Below, in pieces: positions 1-11,672 of a stretch of 64,000 nucleotides of DNA. The notes beneath the pieces are model-generated. The model was not told the origin of the DNA, did not search any database, and was given only the letters and a program-made list of their open reading frames with translations. Made by a program: the position numbers and the translations under genes. Numbering within the stretch: the stretch's first letter is position 1; the number at the start of each line of letters is the position of its first letter. The DNA is from Mobula hypostoma (Eukaryota): NCBI RefSeq assembly GCF_963921235.1, contig NC_086100.1, positions 204,478,001 through 204,542,000 on the forward strand, written 5' to 3'.

Positions 1-2095
1 CCTCATTTCTCGCATAAACTCCAGCCACTGCCTGTCTGCTGCCTTTCCCGCCAGTGTCCCTTTCCAGTCAACTTTGGCCAGTTCCTCTCTCACGCCACTG
101 TAATTTCCTTTACTCCTCTGAAATACCGACACATCAGATTTTGGCTTCTCTTTTTCAAATTTCACAGTGAACTCAATCATTATGATCACTGCCTCCTAAG
201 GGTTCCTTCAGCTCAATCTCTCTAATCACCTCCGGTTCATTACACAATACCCAATCCAGTACAGCCGATCCCCTAGTGGGCTCAACAACAAGCTGTTCTA
301 AAAAGCCATCTCGCAGACATTCTACAAATTCTCTCTCGAGATCCAGTGCCGACCTGATTTTCCCAATCTACTCACATGTTAAAACCCCCCACAATTATCA
401 TAACACTGCCCTTCTGACAAGCCTTTTCTATTTCCTGTTGTAATTTGTATTCCACATCCCTGCAGCTGTTTGGAGGCCTATAAATAACTGCCATCAGGGT
501 CCTTTTACCCCTGCTATTTCTTAGCTCAACCCATAAAGATTCTGCACCTTCCAATCCTATATCGCCTCTTTCTAATGATTTAATATCATTTCTTACCAAT
601 AAAGCTATGCCTCCCCCTCTGCCTACCTTCCTATCCTTCCGATACATCGTGTATCATTAGACGTTCAGCTCCCAGAGACATGCATCCTTTAGCCACGTCT
701 CAGTGATGGCCACAATATCATACCTGCCAATCTGTAGCTGTACGACAAGATCATCCACCTTATTCCTCGTGCTGCGTGCATTTAAGTACAACACCTTAAC
801 ACCAGTATTTCATACTTTTCGTTTTGATTTCACTGCAACTTTATTGCACTGCAACTCATCCCAATGGCTACAAATTTGCCCCATCACCTGCCTGTCTTGT
901 CTGACATCTTTACCGCTCACTATCTTAGATTTATTTCTGTTTTCCCCTTCCTCCGCTCTGTCATTCCGGTTCCCATCCCCCTGTCAAATTAGTTTAAACC
1001 CTCCCTAACAGCTCTATTAAACTTTCCCGCCAGGATATTGGTCCCCTTCGGGTTCAGGTGTAATCTGTCCTTTTTGAACAGGTCATACTTCCCCCAGAAG
1101 AGATCTCAATTATCCAAGAATCTGAAGCCCTGCCCCCTGCACCAGTCTCTCAGCCACGCATTCATCTGCCTGATCTGACTATTCTTGCTCTCGCTAGCCC
1201 GTGGCACAGGTAGCAATCCCGAGATTACTACCCTGGAGGTCCTGCTTCTCAGCTTCCTTCCCAACTCCTGGAAATCTCTCTTCAGGACCTCCTCCTTTGT
1301 CCTATCTATATCATTGGTACCAATATGTACCAAGACAACTGGCTGCTCACCCTTCCCCTTTAGAATATTCAGAACCCGATCCAAGACATCCCATACCCTG
1401 GCACCTGGGAGGCAACACACCATACGGGTATCTCTATCAGGCTCGCAGAATCTCCTGTCCGTTCCCCTGACTATGGAATCCCCTATGACTACTGCATTCC
1501 TCTTCTCCCTCCTTCCCTCCTGCACAACAGCATCAGGCTCAGTGCCAGAGACCCGGTCACCGTGGGCGTCCCCTGTCAGGTCATCCCCCTCAACAGCATC
1601 CAGAACAAGATATTTGTTGCTGAGGGAGACAGCCACAGGGGTGCTCTCCACTATCCGGGCATTTCCCTTCCCTCTCTTGACAGTGACCCAGTGTTCTGAC
1701 TCCTGTAGCCTAGGGATGACTACTGACCCCTGTATCCTCGGGATGACTACCTCCCTGTAGCTCCTGTCTATCACCTCTTCACTTTCCCTGATAAGCAGTA
1801 GCTTATCAAGCTGCAGCTGCAGATCCCTAACACGGTCTCTGAGGAGCTGCATCTCGGTGCACCTGGCGCAGATGTGGCCATCAGGGAGACTGGAGGTCTC
1901 CCAGGATTCCCACATCTGACACCCTGAGCAAAGCACTAACCCTGCAGGCATGCTATCTAATTCTACAGGAATGAAACAAGAAAAGTAAGTCTACTCACCC
2001 ACTTACCTCGCCAAACAGACAAACTTTTTGAACTGTTAGCTCGTACCGTTAGCTGTGAGAGCCCTGCTGTTCCTGTCTGTCCAGGCCAATTCGCG
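1..2095 (-). mobile_element. CR1-type LINE, 5' part: ORF1 (Cys finger + SGNH esterase) and start of ORF2 APE endonuclease; inserted antisense into ERV gag and runs off the window
   Basis: ORF 1106-1951 has CSGCQMWE...CARC, VIGDSIVR and VHIGTND (CR1 ORF1 esterase). ORF 372-647 has GGGIALLV, IYRPP and VGGFN (endonuclease). The 5' end position is approximate. Confidence 0.9.
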
Positions 2096-4004
2096 AAATG
2101 TGCTATACTATTCTATAAACGTTTGTATGTTCTCTGTTTAAATAATGGGACTCCGTCCCCACAGTTTAATGCCGTACTGCTTACTAATTAAGTTAGCCAA
2201 CATGATTAAAACTAATACTACGGATTGGCCTGGCAATGACCGAAATCGAATGTGATGAGCTTTGACATAATACTGGGACCCGGCTTTCCAATCCCAATCA
2301 ACCCAGAAGGGAACTAATATTAAAGGTGCATATGTTCAGCGGGAAGAAGGATGCGAGCGGGCTATATCTGGGGATCAGAAATGGGAACCGAAACACAGAA
2401 TGCACATGGAATTCCGGGGGGACCCAGTGTGAGGCTTCATTTACAGCCACCACCAGTATGGAGTGTAATCTAGCAGAGTGAGATTTGCTCTGTCTGTTGG
2501 AAGTCGAGATTCTAAGCACAGACAAGGGTATCACCCTGGGACTAGTGAACAACCGACAGCTTCACCAGTTACCCGACCCGCCAGTCGCAGGCACTTAACC
2601 TGGACTCCTTTTTGTTTGAGCTCCCATAGCCAGCAGTCGGCCCCCATGTGACCCTGTGCTATGACCCTACAGGGTGCGCCACTGAGGAAAGCCAATATTA
2701 TGCGCCCCTCGAGGGACAGATGTTCCCAGTCACGGTGTTTGGAGAGGTTAAAGGAAAAGAGGGCAGTGCATTACTGGCCGAAGTTCCGGATTCCCTTTGG
2801 CAACAGACAGGACTGGTGGTTTCCCATACCACCGTTAGGTTTCACCCTGGGTTCAAGCCAAAGAGCCTAGGGTTCCTTGCCTGCACCCTGACGAAACAAG
2901 CCTCCAGCACCGTGAGAGATTGGCAAGACTTGGCCATGGGCCAACTCCGATTCTGGAAGGAGTCAAAGGTGAAGACGGGACATCTGGTAAGACACTCTTT
3001 TAACATTGACCGAACCCAAGAGCTTGTACCCCATCTCTGGGCAATTTCAGGCCATGAAGTCGGCCGCACCAACTCCACCCACCCCACCACCCCCCCACTC
3101 CCGTCCGGATCACCATGAAAGAAGGACAGACTCTCCCATCCCTTCTGCAATACTCCCTCAAGCCCGAGGCAACATTTTATGAGGATGGAAGCTCTTTTGT
3201 GGATCTAGCAGGTAAACGATGTTCTGGCTATGCGATAAGTGACGACAGTGAAGAAATTGAGCAAGTCTCCTTTGCAGCAGCTGTCTCCACCCAGAAAGCT
3301 GAGCTATTTGCCCTGACTCATGCCTGTATCCTAGCAACAGACTACTCAGTTCTGATTTTGAAGAATCCACCACAAAACCAATTCTTTGTGGAAGACCTGA
3401 AAAAAAAACGCAAAGTCATAAATGAAGATGACTTTGAAGAGGCAGTCCACAACTATCTGGAACGAAATAAAAAGGGCCTGAATGAGGGCTTCAGTGGAGG
3501 AGCCAAAAATACAAGCCTAAGCTGGAATCCTCTTTGATTAACTTTTCAAATTTTAAAATGAAAAAGCCTGTGGAAAAGAAATATCAAACAGATTAAAGTG
3601 CGGACTTTTACATTATGCCCGTTATGACCTGACTATGGAACTTCGGGGATTCCTGACTTCCTCTGCACCCACCCCCCCCCCATTAGTAATGCTACCTTTG
3701 TAAACAACTTACTCACCGCTCTACAGCTACCTCAAGTTTTGGCTATTATTAGATGTGTAGCCCATACTGGGGAATCTGATGAGATATTTAAGGGTAATGC
3801 TCGGCTGGTGCAGCAGCAAAATGGACAGCCTTGGACCCCACAATTTTAGTCCCCTCGGGAACCTGGTAAGCTCCTATTACACAAAATCTAAGGACGGATA
3901 TGCCAGATATGGGGGAAATACATACGTTCACAGGGGGACGCCGCTGAAGGACAGCACAAACTATGGTCCCAAATGAGTTGCCACCCTGAACCTCAGACCA
4001 ATTT

Positions 4005-4980
4005 ATGGGTGACCCCTGCGGGACAGGTCTGTGTTCCCTTGCGTTTTTACTTATTTTGATAGATTATGTAAATAATTGTACACACTTGGGAAAGGAGGGA
4101 ATGGTTAATACATTATCACAATCTTGGGGTCACCCTGATTTCCAGAAAGCAAGCCACAGCATGTTTAATTTGTTAAAAAAACGAATGCTGGAAAAGGGAT
4201 GCCTTGTGTTTCTGGAACTACCCCCTTGCCTGGTGGACCTTTCTCTTGTTTACAACTTGATCTTATAGAATTACCTAGAGTACATTGTTATAAGTATTGC
4301 TTAGTGATAGTAGATGTATTTAGCAGATGGATTGAAGCTGTTCCTACAACTAATTATACCGCTGTGACTGTTGTGAAAATATTGCTAAAAGAAATAATTC
4401 CTCGCTATGGATTTCCAGAAATGATAAGCTCGGATAATAGACCGCATCTTGTTGCCAAAATAAATGAGGAAATTTGCAAGGAGTTGGCTATAAAACAACA
4501 GATCCACTGCACCCATCATCCGAAAGCATCTGGCATAGTGGAGCGAGCCAATGGTACTTTGAAAGAAAAGTTGACCAAACTTACACAAGAAACTGGATTG
4601 ACCTGGTTGAAGGTTTTACCCTTAGCCCCATTCCATATGAAAATCATGCTATCAAGTAAGACGGGGTTCTCACCTGCAGAAATTATCTACGGGAAGCCTT
4701 TGACAACCCCATGGGACCCCGACCTTGTTTGCTGCTCCTCCCTGAGAGCTTACCTGCAACATTGGATATGCATACCTTGGGGGAGAAGATGGGAAAATAT
4801 TCATGTAAATTAACTAAAACGTTCTAAAGCTTGCATTTACAGGTACGACAGGCCTACCGGGAAGACAAAACCCAGCCTAGAGGTGACTACCCCACGAGTG
4901 AGCCTGGAGATTTTGTCCTGATCAAGAATTGGGATCCAGGGAAACTCAGGCCTCGGTGGAGAGGACCACACTCACCATGA
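4005..4980 (+). pseudogene. Retroviral integrase (frameshifted)
   Basis: HLGKEGM zinc-binding region, D,D(35)E core in ORF 4199-4813, and a C-terminal module ending RWRGPHSP* at 4978-4980. Confidence 0.9.
4830..4845 (+). promoter_or_regulatory. Candidate env-type splice acceptor inside the integrase coding region
   Basis: gcttgcatttacAG|gt with AG at 4841-4842. The first downstream ATG is the AP1B1 start at 4977. Confidence 0.45.
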
Positions 4981-6711
4981 CTGATTCTGAATATTTCACA
5001 ACAACCAAGAAAGGAGAAATCTTTGAACTCAAAGCAGAACTCAACAGTGACAAGCAGGAGAAAAAGAAAGAAGCAGTGAAAGAAAGTGATTACATCAATT
5101 ACCGGTGGCAAAAATGTCAGTGCCCTCTTTCCTGATGTCGTAAACTCTATGCAGACAAGACAATTTGGAGTTGAAGAAGCTGGTGTACCTCTGTCTAATG
5201 AACTATGCAAACAGCCAACCAGATATGGCAATTATGGCTGTCAACACTTTTGTTAAGGACTGTGGAGATCCCAATCCATTTATCGGAGTGCTAGCCGTGA
5301 GAACAACAGGCTGCACCCGTGTGCATAAAATTACTGAGTATTTGTGTGAGCCCCTGCGGAAAATGTCTAAACGATGAAGATCCTTATGTACGAAAAACTG
5401 CTGCTGTCTGTGAAGCCACGCTACATGACATCAATGCACAGCTGGTAGAAGATCAGGGATTTCTGGACACTCTAAAGGATCTGATATCTGACTCTAATCC
5501 AATGGTCGTTGCAAATGCTGTGGCTGCTCTGTTGGAGATCGCAGAACCTCATCCAAACAGTAACTTGTTAAATCTCAATTTTCAGACAATCAACAAGCTT
5601 TTAACAGGCTTAAATGAATGTACTGAATGGGGCCAGATATTTATCCTTGATTGTTTGGCCAATTGTAGCCCAAAGGATGACCGAGAAACTCAAGGCATCT
5701 GTGAGCCTGTGACGCCACGTTTATCTCACGCCAACTCAGCTGTTGGCCTGTTGCCTGTAAAGGTTCTGATGAAATTCATGGAAATGCTTTCAAAGGACTT
5801 GGATTACTATGGCACTTTGTTGAAGAAACTGGCTCCCCCACTGGTAACGCTGTTGTCTGCAGAACCAGAACTCCAATACGTTGCCCTCCGGAACATCAAC
5901 CTCATTGTACAGAAAAGTTCTGAGATTCTTAAGCACAAAATGAAGGTTTTCTTTGTAAAGATATATGTGAAACTGGAAAAACTGGATATTGTGATTCGAC
6001 TGGCTTCTCAAGCCAACATTGCACAGGTTTTGGCAGAATTGAAGGAGTATGCCACTGAAGTAGATGTTGACTTTGTATAAAAAGCTGTGCGTGCAATTGG
6101 ATGATGTGCAATCAAAGTTGAGCAATGAGCAGAATGCTGCGTGAGTACGCTACTTGACCTCATTCAGACAAAACTACGTCGTTCAAGAAGCTATTGTAGT
6201 AATAAAGGACATTTTCTGTAAATACCCAAACAAGTATGAAAGTGTTATTGCAACACTTTGTGAAAATCTGGACTCACTGGATGAACCAGAAGCAAGAGCA
6301 GCGATGATACGGATAGTTGGAGAGTATGTCGAAAGAACTGACAATGCTGATGAGCTATTAGAGAGCTTCCTGGAAGAATTCCATGAAGAGAGCACATGGG
6401 TTCAACTTTTGACTGCTATTGTGAAACTATTTTTTTTTTTAAAAATGACTGAGACACAAGAGCTGGTGCAGCAAGTTCTAAGCTTAGCGACACAGGATTC
6501 TGACAACCTTGACTTGAAAGACTGTGGCTATATATACTGGCGTCTACGTTCTAGAGATCCAGTGGCAGCAAAAGAAGTTGTATTGGCAGATAAACCTCTA
6601 ATTGCAGAAGAAACTGATCTTATTGAGCCAATGCTCCCTGAAGAATTAATCTTCCATATTGGAACATTGGCCCCTGTGTACCATAAGCCACCCAGTGCAT
6701 TTGTGGAGGGG
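4977..6711 (+). pseudogene. AP1B1: Intronless, disrupted copy of AP-1 complex subunit beta-1 (trunk domain, about residues 1-585)
   Basis: MTDSEYFTTTKKGEIFELKAELNSDK..., [68 protein letters not shown] ... VYHKPPSAFVEG. TTTKK, LNSDK and SKDLDYYGT match AP1B1 rather than AP2B1. No introns; several frameshifts and stops; YNDP deleted. Confidence 0.93.
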
Positions 6712-6952
6712 CACTCTTGGAGGATACATCGAACAGACTGCAAAAGTGATACTGAAGGAACTGAGCAGAAGGACTCTCTTGGATTAAAGGAAAATGTGTT
6801 GATTGATAGTGGTGTTTATGCATGTCAGAAGTCTGATTGTATTAACTTTGATTATTATCTGTACCCTATGTGCTTGTGGCCATGTATTGTATCATGTTGT
6901 AGAAGCGACAATCTGTTCTGAAAGTTATAATGTGATGATAAAAAGGAGGGAA

Positions 6953-7613
6953 TGATAAAGTTTAAGGATGTTAGGGAAGTAAGACATGATTCTTGGACTC
7001 TTGTAAATAATGGGTTAAAAACTTAAGTGTCACCCTATGTGGGTTAGTGAATAAATTCTGTTGCTTTTGCTGAAGAATATGCCCACAGTTTGTTTAGATT
7101 AATAGCTTGCTTGATTAATAGCCTGTAGCTGCCTTTTCAAGGTGACATGAGGGCTGGAATTACTCAGAGCTCACATCGGTCATGCCTTATTGTTTTGCTC
7201 CACTGACTTAAATCTTTTCTTTGGAGAGGCTCAATGATAAAGCCATCTGTCTGTAATTAAGTCAGGAGCCTAGCAAGAGGAATGACTGATACAGGTGGAC
7301 AATATATCTATTTGTAATTGAACTCTGATTTAGTGGATTCTCTTATCAAAGTAATTGGGTTTCGCTCTAACTGACTTGGCATACCATTGTAACTGAGCGT
7401 TCTTTGTCTGCTCATTCTATAAATTGTAGCATTTCTGTTATTTAAATCAGAAGCTCGTTGAGCTGCCAGAGGGACAGAGAAATAAACTCTGTCTCTTTGA
7501 TGTCTGGCTTTGAGTTTTCTCGCCGGCTGAGCTCGAACAATAAACTGGTGAAGAGGTTAAAGTTAATAACTGTGTGGTGTGATTATTGGTCCGGCAACCT
7601 TTTTAAGTTAACA
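6953..7613 (+). mobile_element. ERV 3' LTR (661 bp)
   Basis: Follows the PPT AAAAAGGAGGGAA. Termini TGATAA...TTAACA; TATAAA ~7418; AATAAA ~7539. Host sequence (paralog of 53923+) resumes at 7614. Confidence 0.8.
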
Positions 7614-8370
7614 CATCCACCACTCTCTGAGTGAAAAATTTACCCCTGATATCCCCTTGGAACACATTTTCAGGCACCTTAAAACTGTGCCCCCTCGTGT
7701 TAGCCATTTCAGCCCCGGGAAAAATACTCCGACTATCCACATGATCAATGCCCCTCATCATCTTACACACCTAAAAAAGGCTCTAAACATAAACAAGAAA
7801 ATTATACATTGCTTTGAGGATCTGTTGGAAGTATATACAATTATGAGGGTATCAATAGGGTAAATGCAAGCAGCTTTTTCCACTGAGGTTGGGTGGGACG
7901 ACAACCAGAGGTCATGGGTAAGTTGGAAAGGTGAAAATCAAGGGGAACATGTGGAAAAACTCTTCACTGAAATGGTCATGAGAGTGTGGAATGAGATGCC
8001 AGCACAAGTGGTCCATGCCAGCTCAGTTTCACCATTTAAGAGAAGTTTGAATAGGTACCTGGATGGTAGGGGTATGGACAGCTGCGGTCCCAGTGCAGGA
8101 CGTTGCATTAGAGAGTTTAAATATTCTCGGCATTGTCTAGATGGGCCAAGTGGACTGTTTCACAGGACTTCTCCATGTTGCTATGACAGAGGAGCTGGCC
8201 ACACTTGATTGGAGGGAGAGGCTGATAGGAATAACGATGGAGCAGCAATGGCTGGAGATTCTGGGAGCAATTTGGGAGGTGAGTGATAGATACATCCCAA
8301 AGAAGTGGAAGCATTGGAAATGCAGGAGGATACAATCATGGCTGAAATGAGAAGCCAAAGCCAACATAAA

Positions 8371-9558
8371 ACATAGAAACATAGAAACATAGAAAATAGG
8401 TGCAGGAGTAGGCCATTCGGCCCTTCGAGCCTGCACCGCCATTTATTATGATCATGGCTGATCATCCAACTCAGAACCCAGCCTTCCCTCCATACCCCCT
8501 GACCCCTGTAGCCACAAGGGCCATATCTAACTTCCTTTTAAACATAGCTAATGAACTGGCCTCAACAGTTTGCTGTGGCAGAGAATTCCACAGATTCACC
8601 ACTCTCTGTGTGAAGAAGTTTTTCCTAACCTCGGTCCTAAAAGGCTTCCCCTCTATCCTCAAACTGTGACCCCTCGTTCTAGACCTCCCCAACATCGGGA
8701 ACAATCTTCCCGCATCTAGCCTGTCCAATCCCTTTAGGATCTTATACGTTTCAATCAGATCCCCCCTCAATCTTCTAAATTCCAACGAGTACAAGCCCAG
8801 TTCATCCAGTCTTTCTTCATATGAAAGACCTGCCGTCCCAGGAATCAATCTGGTGAACCTTCTTTGTACTCCTTCTATGGCAAAGATGTCTTTCCTCAGA
8901 TTAGGGGACCAAAACTGCACACAATACTCCAGGTGTGGTCTCACCAAGGCCTTGTACAACTGCAGTAGTACCTCCCTGCTCCTGTACTCGAATCCTCTCG
9001 CTATAAATGCCAGCATACCGTTCGCCTTTTTCACCGCCTGCTGTACCTGCATGCCCACTTTCAATGACTGGTGTATAATGACACCCAGGTCTCGTTACAC
9101 CTCCCCTTTTCCTAATCGGCCACCATTCAGATAATAATCTGTTTTCCTATTTTTGCCACCAAAGTGGATAACTTCACATTTATCCACATTAAATTGCATC
9201 TGCCATGAGTTTGCCCACTCACCCAACCTATCCAAGTCACCCTGCATCCTCTTAGCATCCTCCTCACTGCTAACACTGCCACCCAGCTTCGTGTCATCCG
9301 CAAACTTGGAGATGCTGCATTTAATTCCCTCATCCAAGTCATTAATATATATTGTAAACAACTGGGGTCCCAGCACTGAGCCTTGCGGTACCCCACTAGT
9401 CACCGCCTGCCATTCTGAAAAGGTCCCGTTTATTCCCACTCTTTGCTTCCTGTCTGCTAACCAATTCTCCACCCACACCAATACCTTACCCCCAATACCG
9501 TGTGCTTTAAGTTTGCACACTAATCTCCTATGTGGGACCTTGTCAAAAGCCTTTTGAA
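8371..9558 (-). mobile_element. 5'-truncated young CR1 LINE (RT C-terminal half)
   Basis: KAFDKVPH, GVPQGSVLGP, FADDTK, RPHLEYCVQFWSP, with one in-frame stop. (ATAGAAAC)n tail. Absent at the paralogous site ~54685. Confidence 0.92.
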
Positions 9559-10384
9559 AGGCAAAGAGATGGCAAATAATAGAACACAAACTATTCGAAA
9601 GTTTTTAAAACCAACAGAAGACAACTTAAAAAAAAATCAGATGAGCTCAGGGCATTGAATTATGATTTGTAGTCATTAATAAATCTTGGTAGCACCCAAC
9701 AGTCTGACGCATTTAGAGGAACAAAATATCCGGGGCCTCAATATCTCTTGAAAACTAAGGTTCCACGCACCAGTTACCTTTCAACTTTTAATTTGGCAGG
9801 CTCATACAAACTCTATACATTCAAAATTCCACTTCTGAAGGACGCCCATTTATCAAGTACTCTATTGACAGAAAACAGCCTGTCCCAAACCACACCTGTC
9901 AGATCCTTTCTGATATCATCAAAATTGACCTTTCTCCAATTTAGCATCTCAACCCGTGGTCCAGACCTCTCTTTTTCTATATTTACTTTGAAACTCATGG
10001 CATTATGATCACTAACTTCTGTCACCAGCCCTGGATCATTTCCTAACAGCTATTGCACACTTCTACGTCAGGAGTTCTACGTACTGATTAAGGGCACATT
10101 TGACAAACTCTACCCCATCTAGTCCTTTTACAGTCATGGGAGTCCCAGTCAATATATGGAAAGTTATAACCACTTACTGAATCAACATTTGTTTCTTGGC
10201 ATGGTCTGCGATCTCTCTACAAATTTGTTCCTCTAAATCCCTCAGACTGTTGAGTGCAACCAAGTCCTAATAATGACTACAATATCATGATTCCATGCCC
10301 TCAGCTCATCTGGCTTTCCTAAAATGCTTCCTGCAGTGTGATATACACAGCTCAGCCTCAACCTTCTGATTGCTGACTTTGTCT

Positions 10385-11030
10385 GAACAACATCTGTCTG
10401 GGTGTCAAGAATGCAATCGCTCCCTCAATGTCACAGAAACAGGGGAACTGGTTGTGTACCACAGAAGGAATGGAGACAGGCCAACCCCTATTGACATCAA
10501 TGGATCTGGGGTTGAGAGAATGAACAGCTTTAAGTTCCTCGGCATAAACATCACCGAGGATCTTATGTGGTCTGTACATACTGTCTGTGTGGTATATCGC
10601 TGTGCGCCTCTTTCACCTCAGATGCTTGAAGAAGTTTGGTATGACTCCCAACTCCTAAGAACTTTCTACAGGGGCACAATTGAGAGCATCCTGACTGGCT
10701 GCATCACTGCCATGTACGGGAACTGTACTTCCCTCAATCAGAGGACTCTGCAGAGAATGGTGCGGACAGCCCAGCGCATCTGTAGATGTGAACTTCCCAC
10801 TATTCAGGACATTTCCAAAGACAGGTGCATAAAAAGGCCCGAAGTATCTTTGGGTACCCGAGTCACCACAACCACAAACTGTTCTAGCTGCTGCCATCCG
10901 GGAAACAGTACCACAGCATAAAAGCCAGGACGAACAGGCTCCTGGACAGCTCCTTCCAACAGGCCATCAGACTGATTAATTCATGCTGATACAATTGTAT
11001 TTTTATGTTATAATGACTGTCCTATGTACT
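10385..11030 (+). mobile_element. Rex1/Babar (L2-group) LINE 3' fragment
   Basis: SLNVTETGELVV...SFKFLGINI...FYRGTIESILTGCIT. Confidence 0.75.
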
Positions 11031-11332
11031 TACTGTAAGGGTTTCTTCTTTCATGTTACATGCTAAGGCTAATAAAATAGCTTCTCTGTAGTGCTACAAT
11101 AAAATGGCTTCTCTGTAATATTAACTGATGAGGTAATGTTCTCTGTAGCAGCATGTTTGGGTTATAATTAGTGATAACGGGACTTGTATTCATTTGCTAA
11201 CCAGTTAGGATAGATGTTATTCTTTCTGTTTGTGTGAAAGCTGTTAGTTTGCGTGGGCTTAGGGGGGAAGGCGTGAGGAGGATGAAGAGAGAAGAGTGCA
11301 GCAGGCCACGCAGCATCTCTAGGAAGAGGTAC

Positions 11333-11368
11333 AGTCGACGTTTCGGGCCGAGACCCTTCATCAGGACT
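11333..11368 (-). ncRNA. Minimal type I hammerhead ribozyme motif (Penelope pLTR)
   Basis: Minus strand reads AGTC-CTGATGA-AGGGTCTCGGCCC-GAAACGTC-GACT: core CUGANGA/GAAA, stem I AGTC/GACT, GUC cleavage triplet, palindromic ACGT stem III. Confidence 0.8.
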
Positions 11369-11392
11369 AATTGAAGGAAGCACTAGTAAGAG

Positions 11393-11609
11393 TGACATGT
11401 TGCCACACTTCGGACCTCCCACCAGCTGCTCCATATTGGGCATGTTGAAGAGACAAAATCCACTTCCGTAAAGCAGGGTCCTCATCAAGTCATCTCGGCT
11501 GCAGCTGCTGAATGCTGTCGGTGGCACCAGGCTAAAGAGAAAGATAAATAGACTCCTTCAAGGGGATGAATGGAAGAACACTGAAATACTAACGGACAAA
11601 ACATGAGGT
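11393..11609 (-). pseudogene. Captured ADAM metalloprotease gene fragment: ~78 nt of intron, acceptor, and exon (ADAM15/12/8/19-like)
   Basis: tatctttctctttAG|C then LVPPTAFSSCSRDDLMRTLLYGSGFCLFNMPNMEQLVGGPKCGNM, which is the FSxCS...CLFN...CGN junction between metalloprotease and disintegrin domains. Confidence 0.8.
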
Positions 11610-11672
11610 GCAACACACATCAAAGTTGCTGGTGAACGCAGCAAGCCAGGCAGCATCTCTAGGAAGAGGTAT

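Larger units (their letters stand above)
2100..7613 (+). mobile_element. Defective class I (epsilon/gamma-like) endogenous retrovirus: gag/protease remnants, 2H-like domain, RT almost wholly deleted, RNase H, integrase, captured AP1B1, PPT and 3' LTR; no env
   Basis: Protease end ECNLAE*DLLCLL (~2461-2500). RT N-terminus LWAISGHEVG...LPSLLQYSLKPEA fused straight to RNase H FYEDGSS...TQKAELFAL. Integrase LQLDLIEL...VDVFSRWIEA...SDN...GIVERANGTLK. GPY/F-like PGDFVLIK...RWRGPH. PPT at 6940-6952. Confidence 0.88.

Noticed and set aside
1185..1760. Antisense ORFs over LINEs (also 8853, 9153, 31905, 33563, etc.)
   Set aside because: Shadow frames of retroelement ORFs.
4977..6921. Functional AP1B1 or AP2B1 gene
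   Set aside because: Intronless, multiple frameshifts and stops, truncated, and embedded in a provirus. Diagnostic residues favour AP1B1 over AP2B1.
6712..6940. env remnant
   Set aside because: Short, begins with an integrase-tail-like motif, and shows no furin site, ISD or TM segment.
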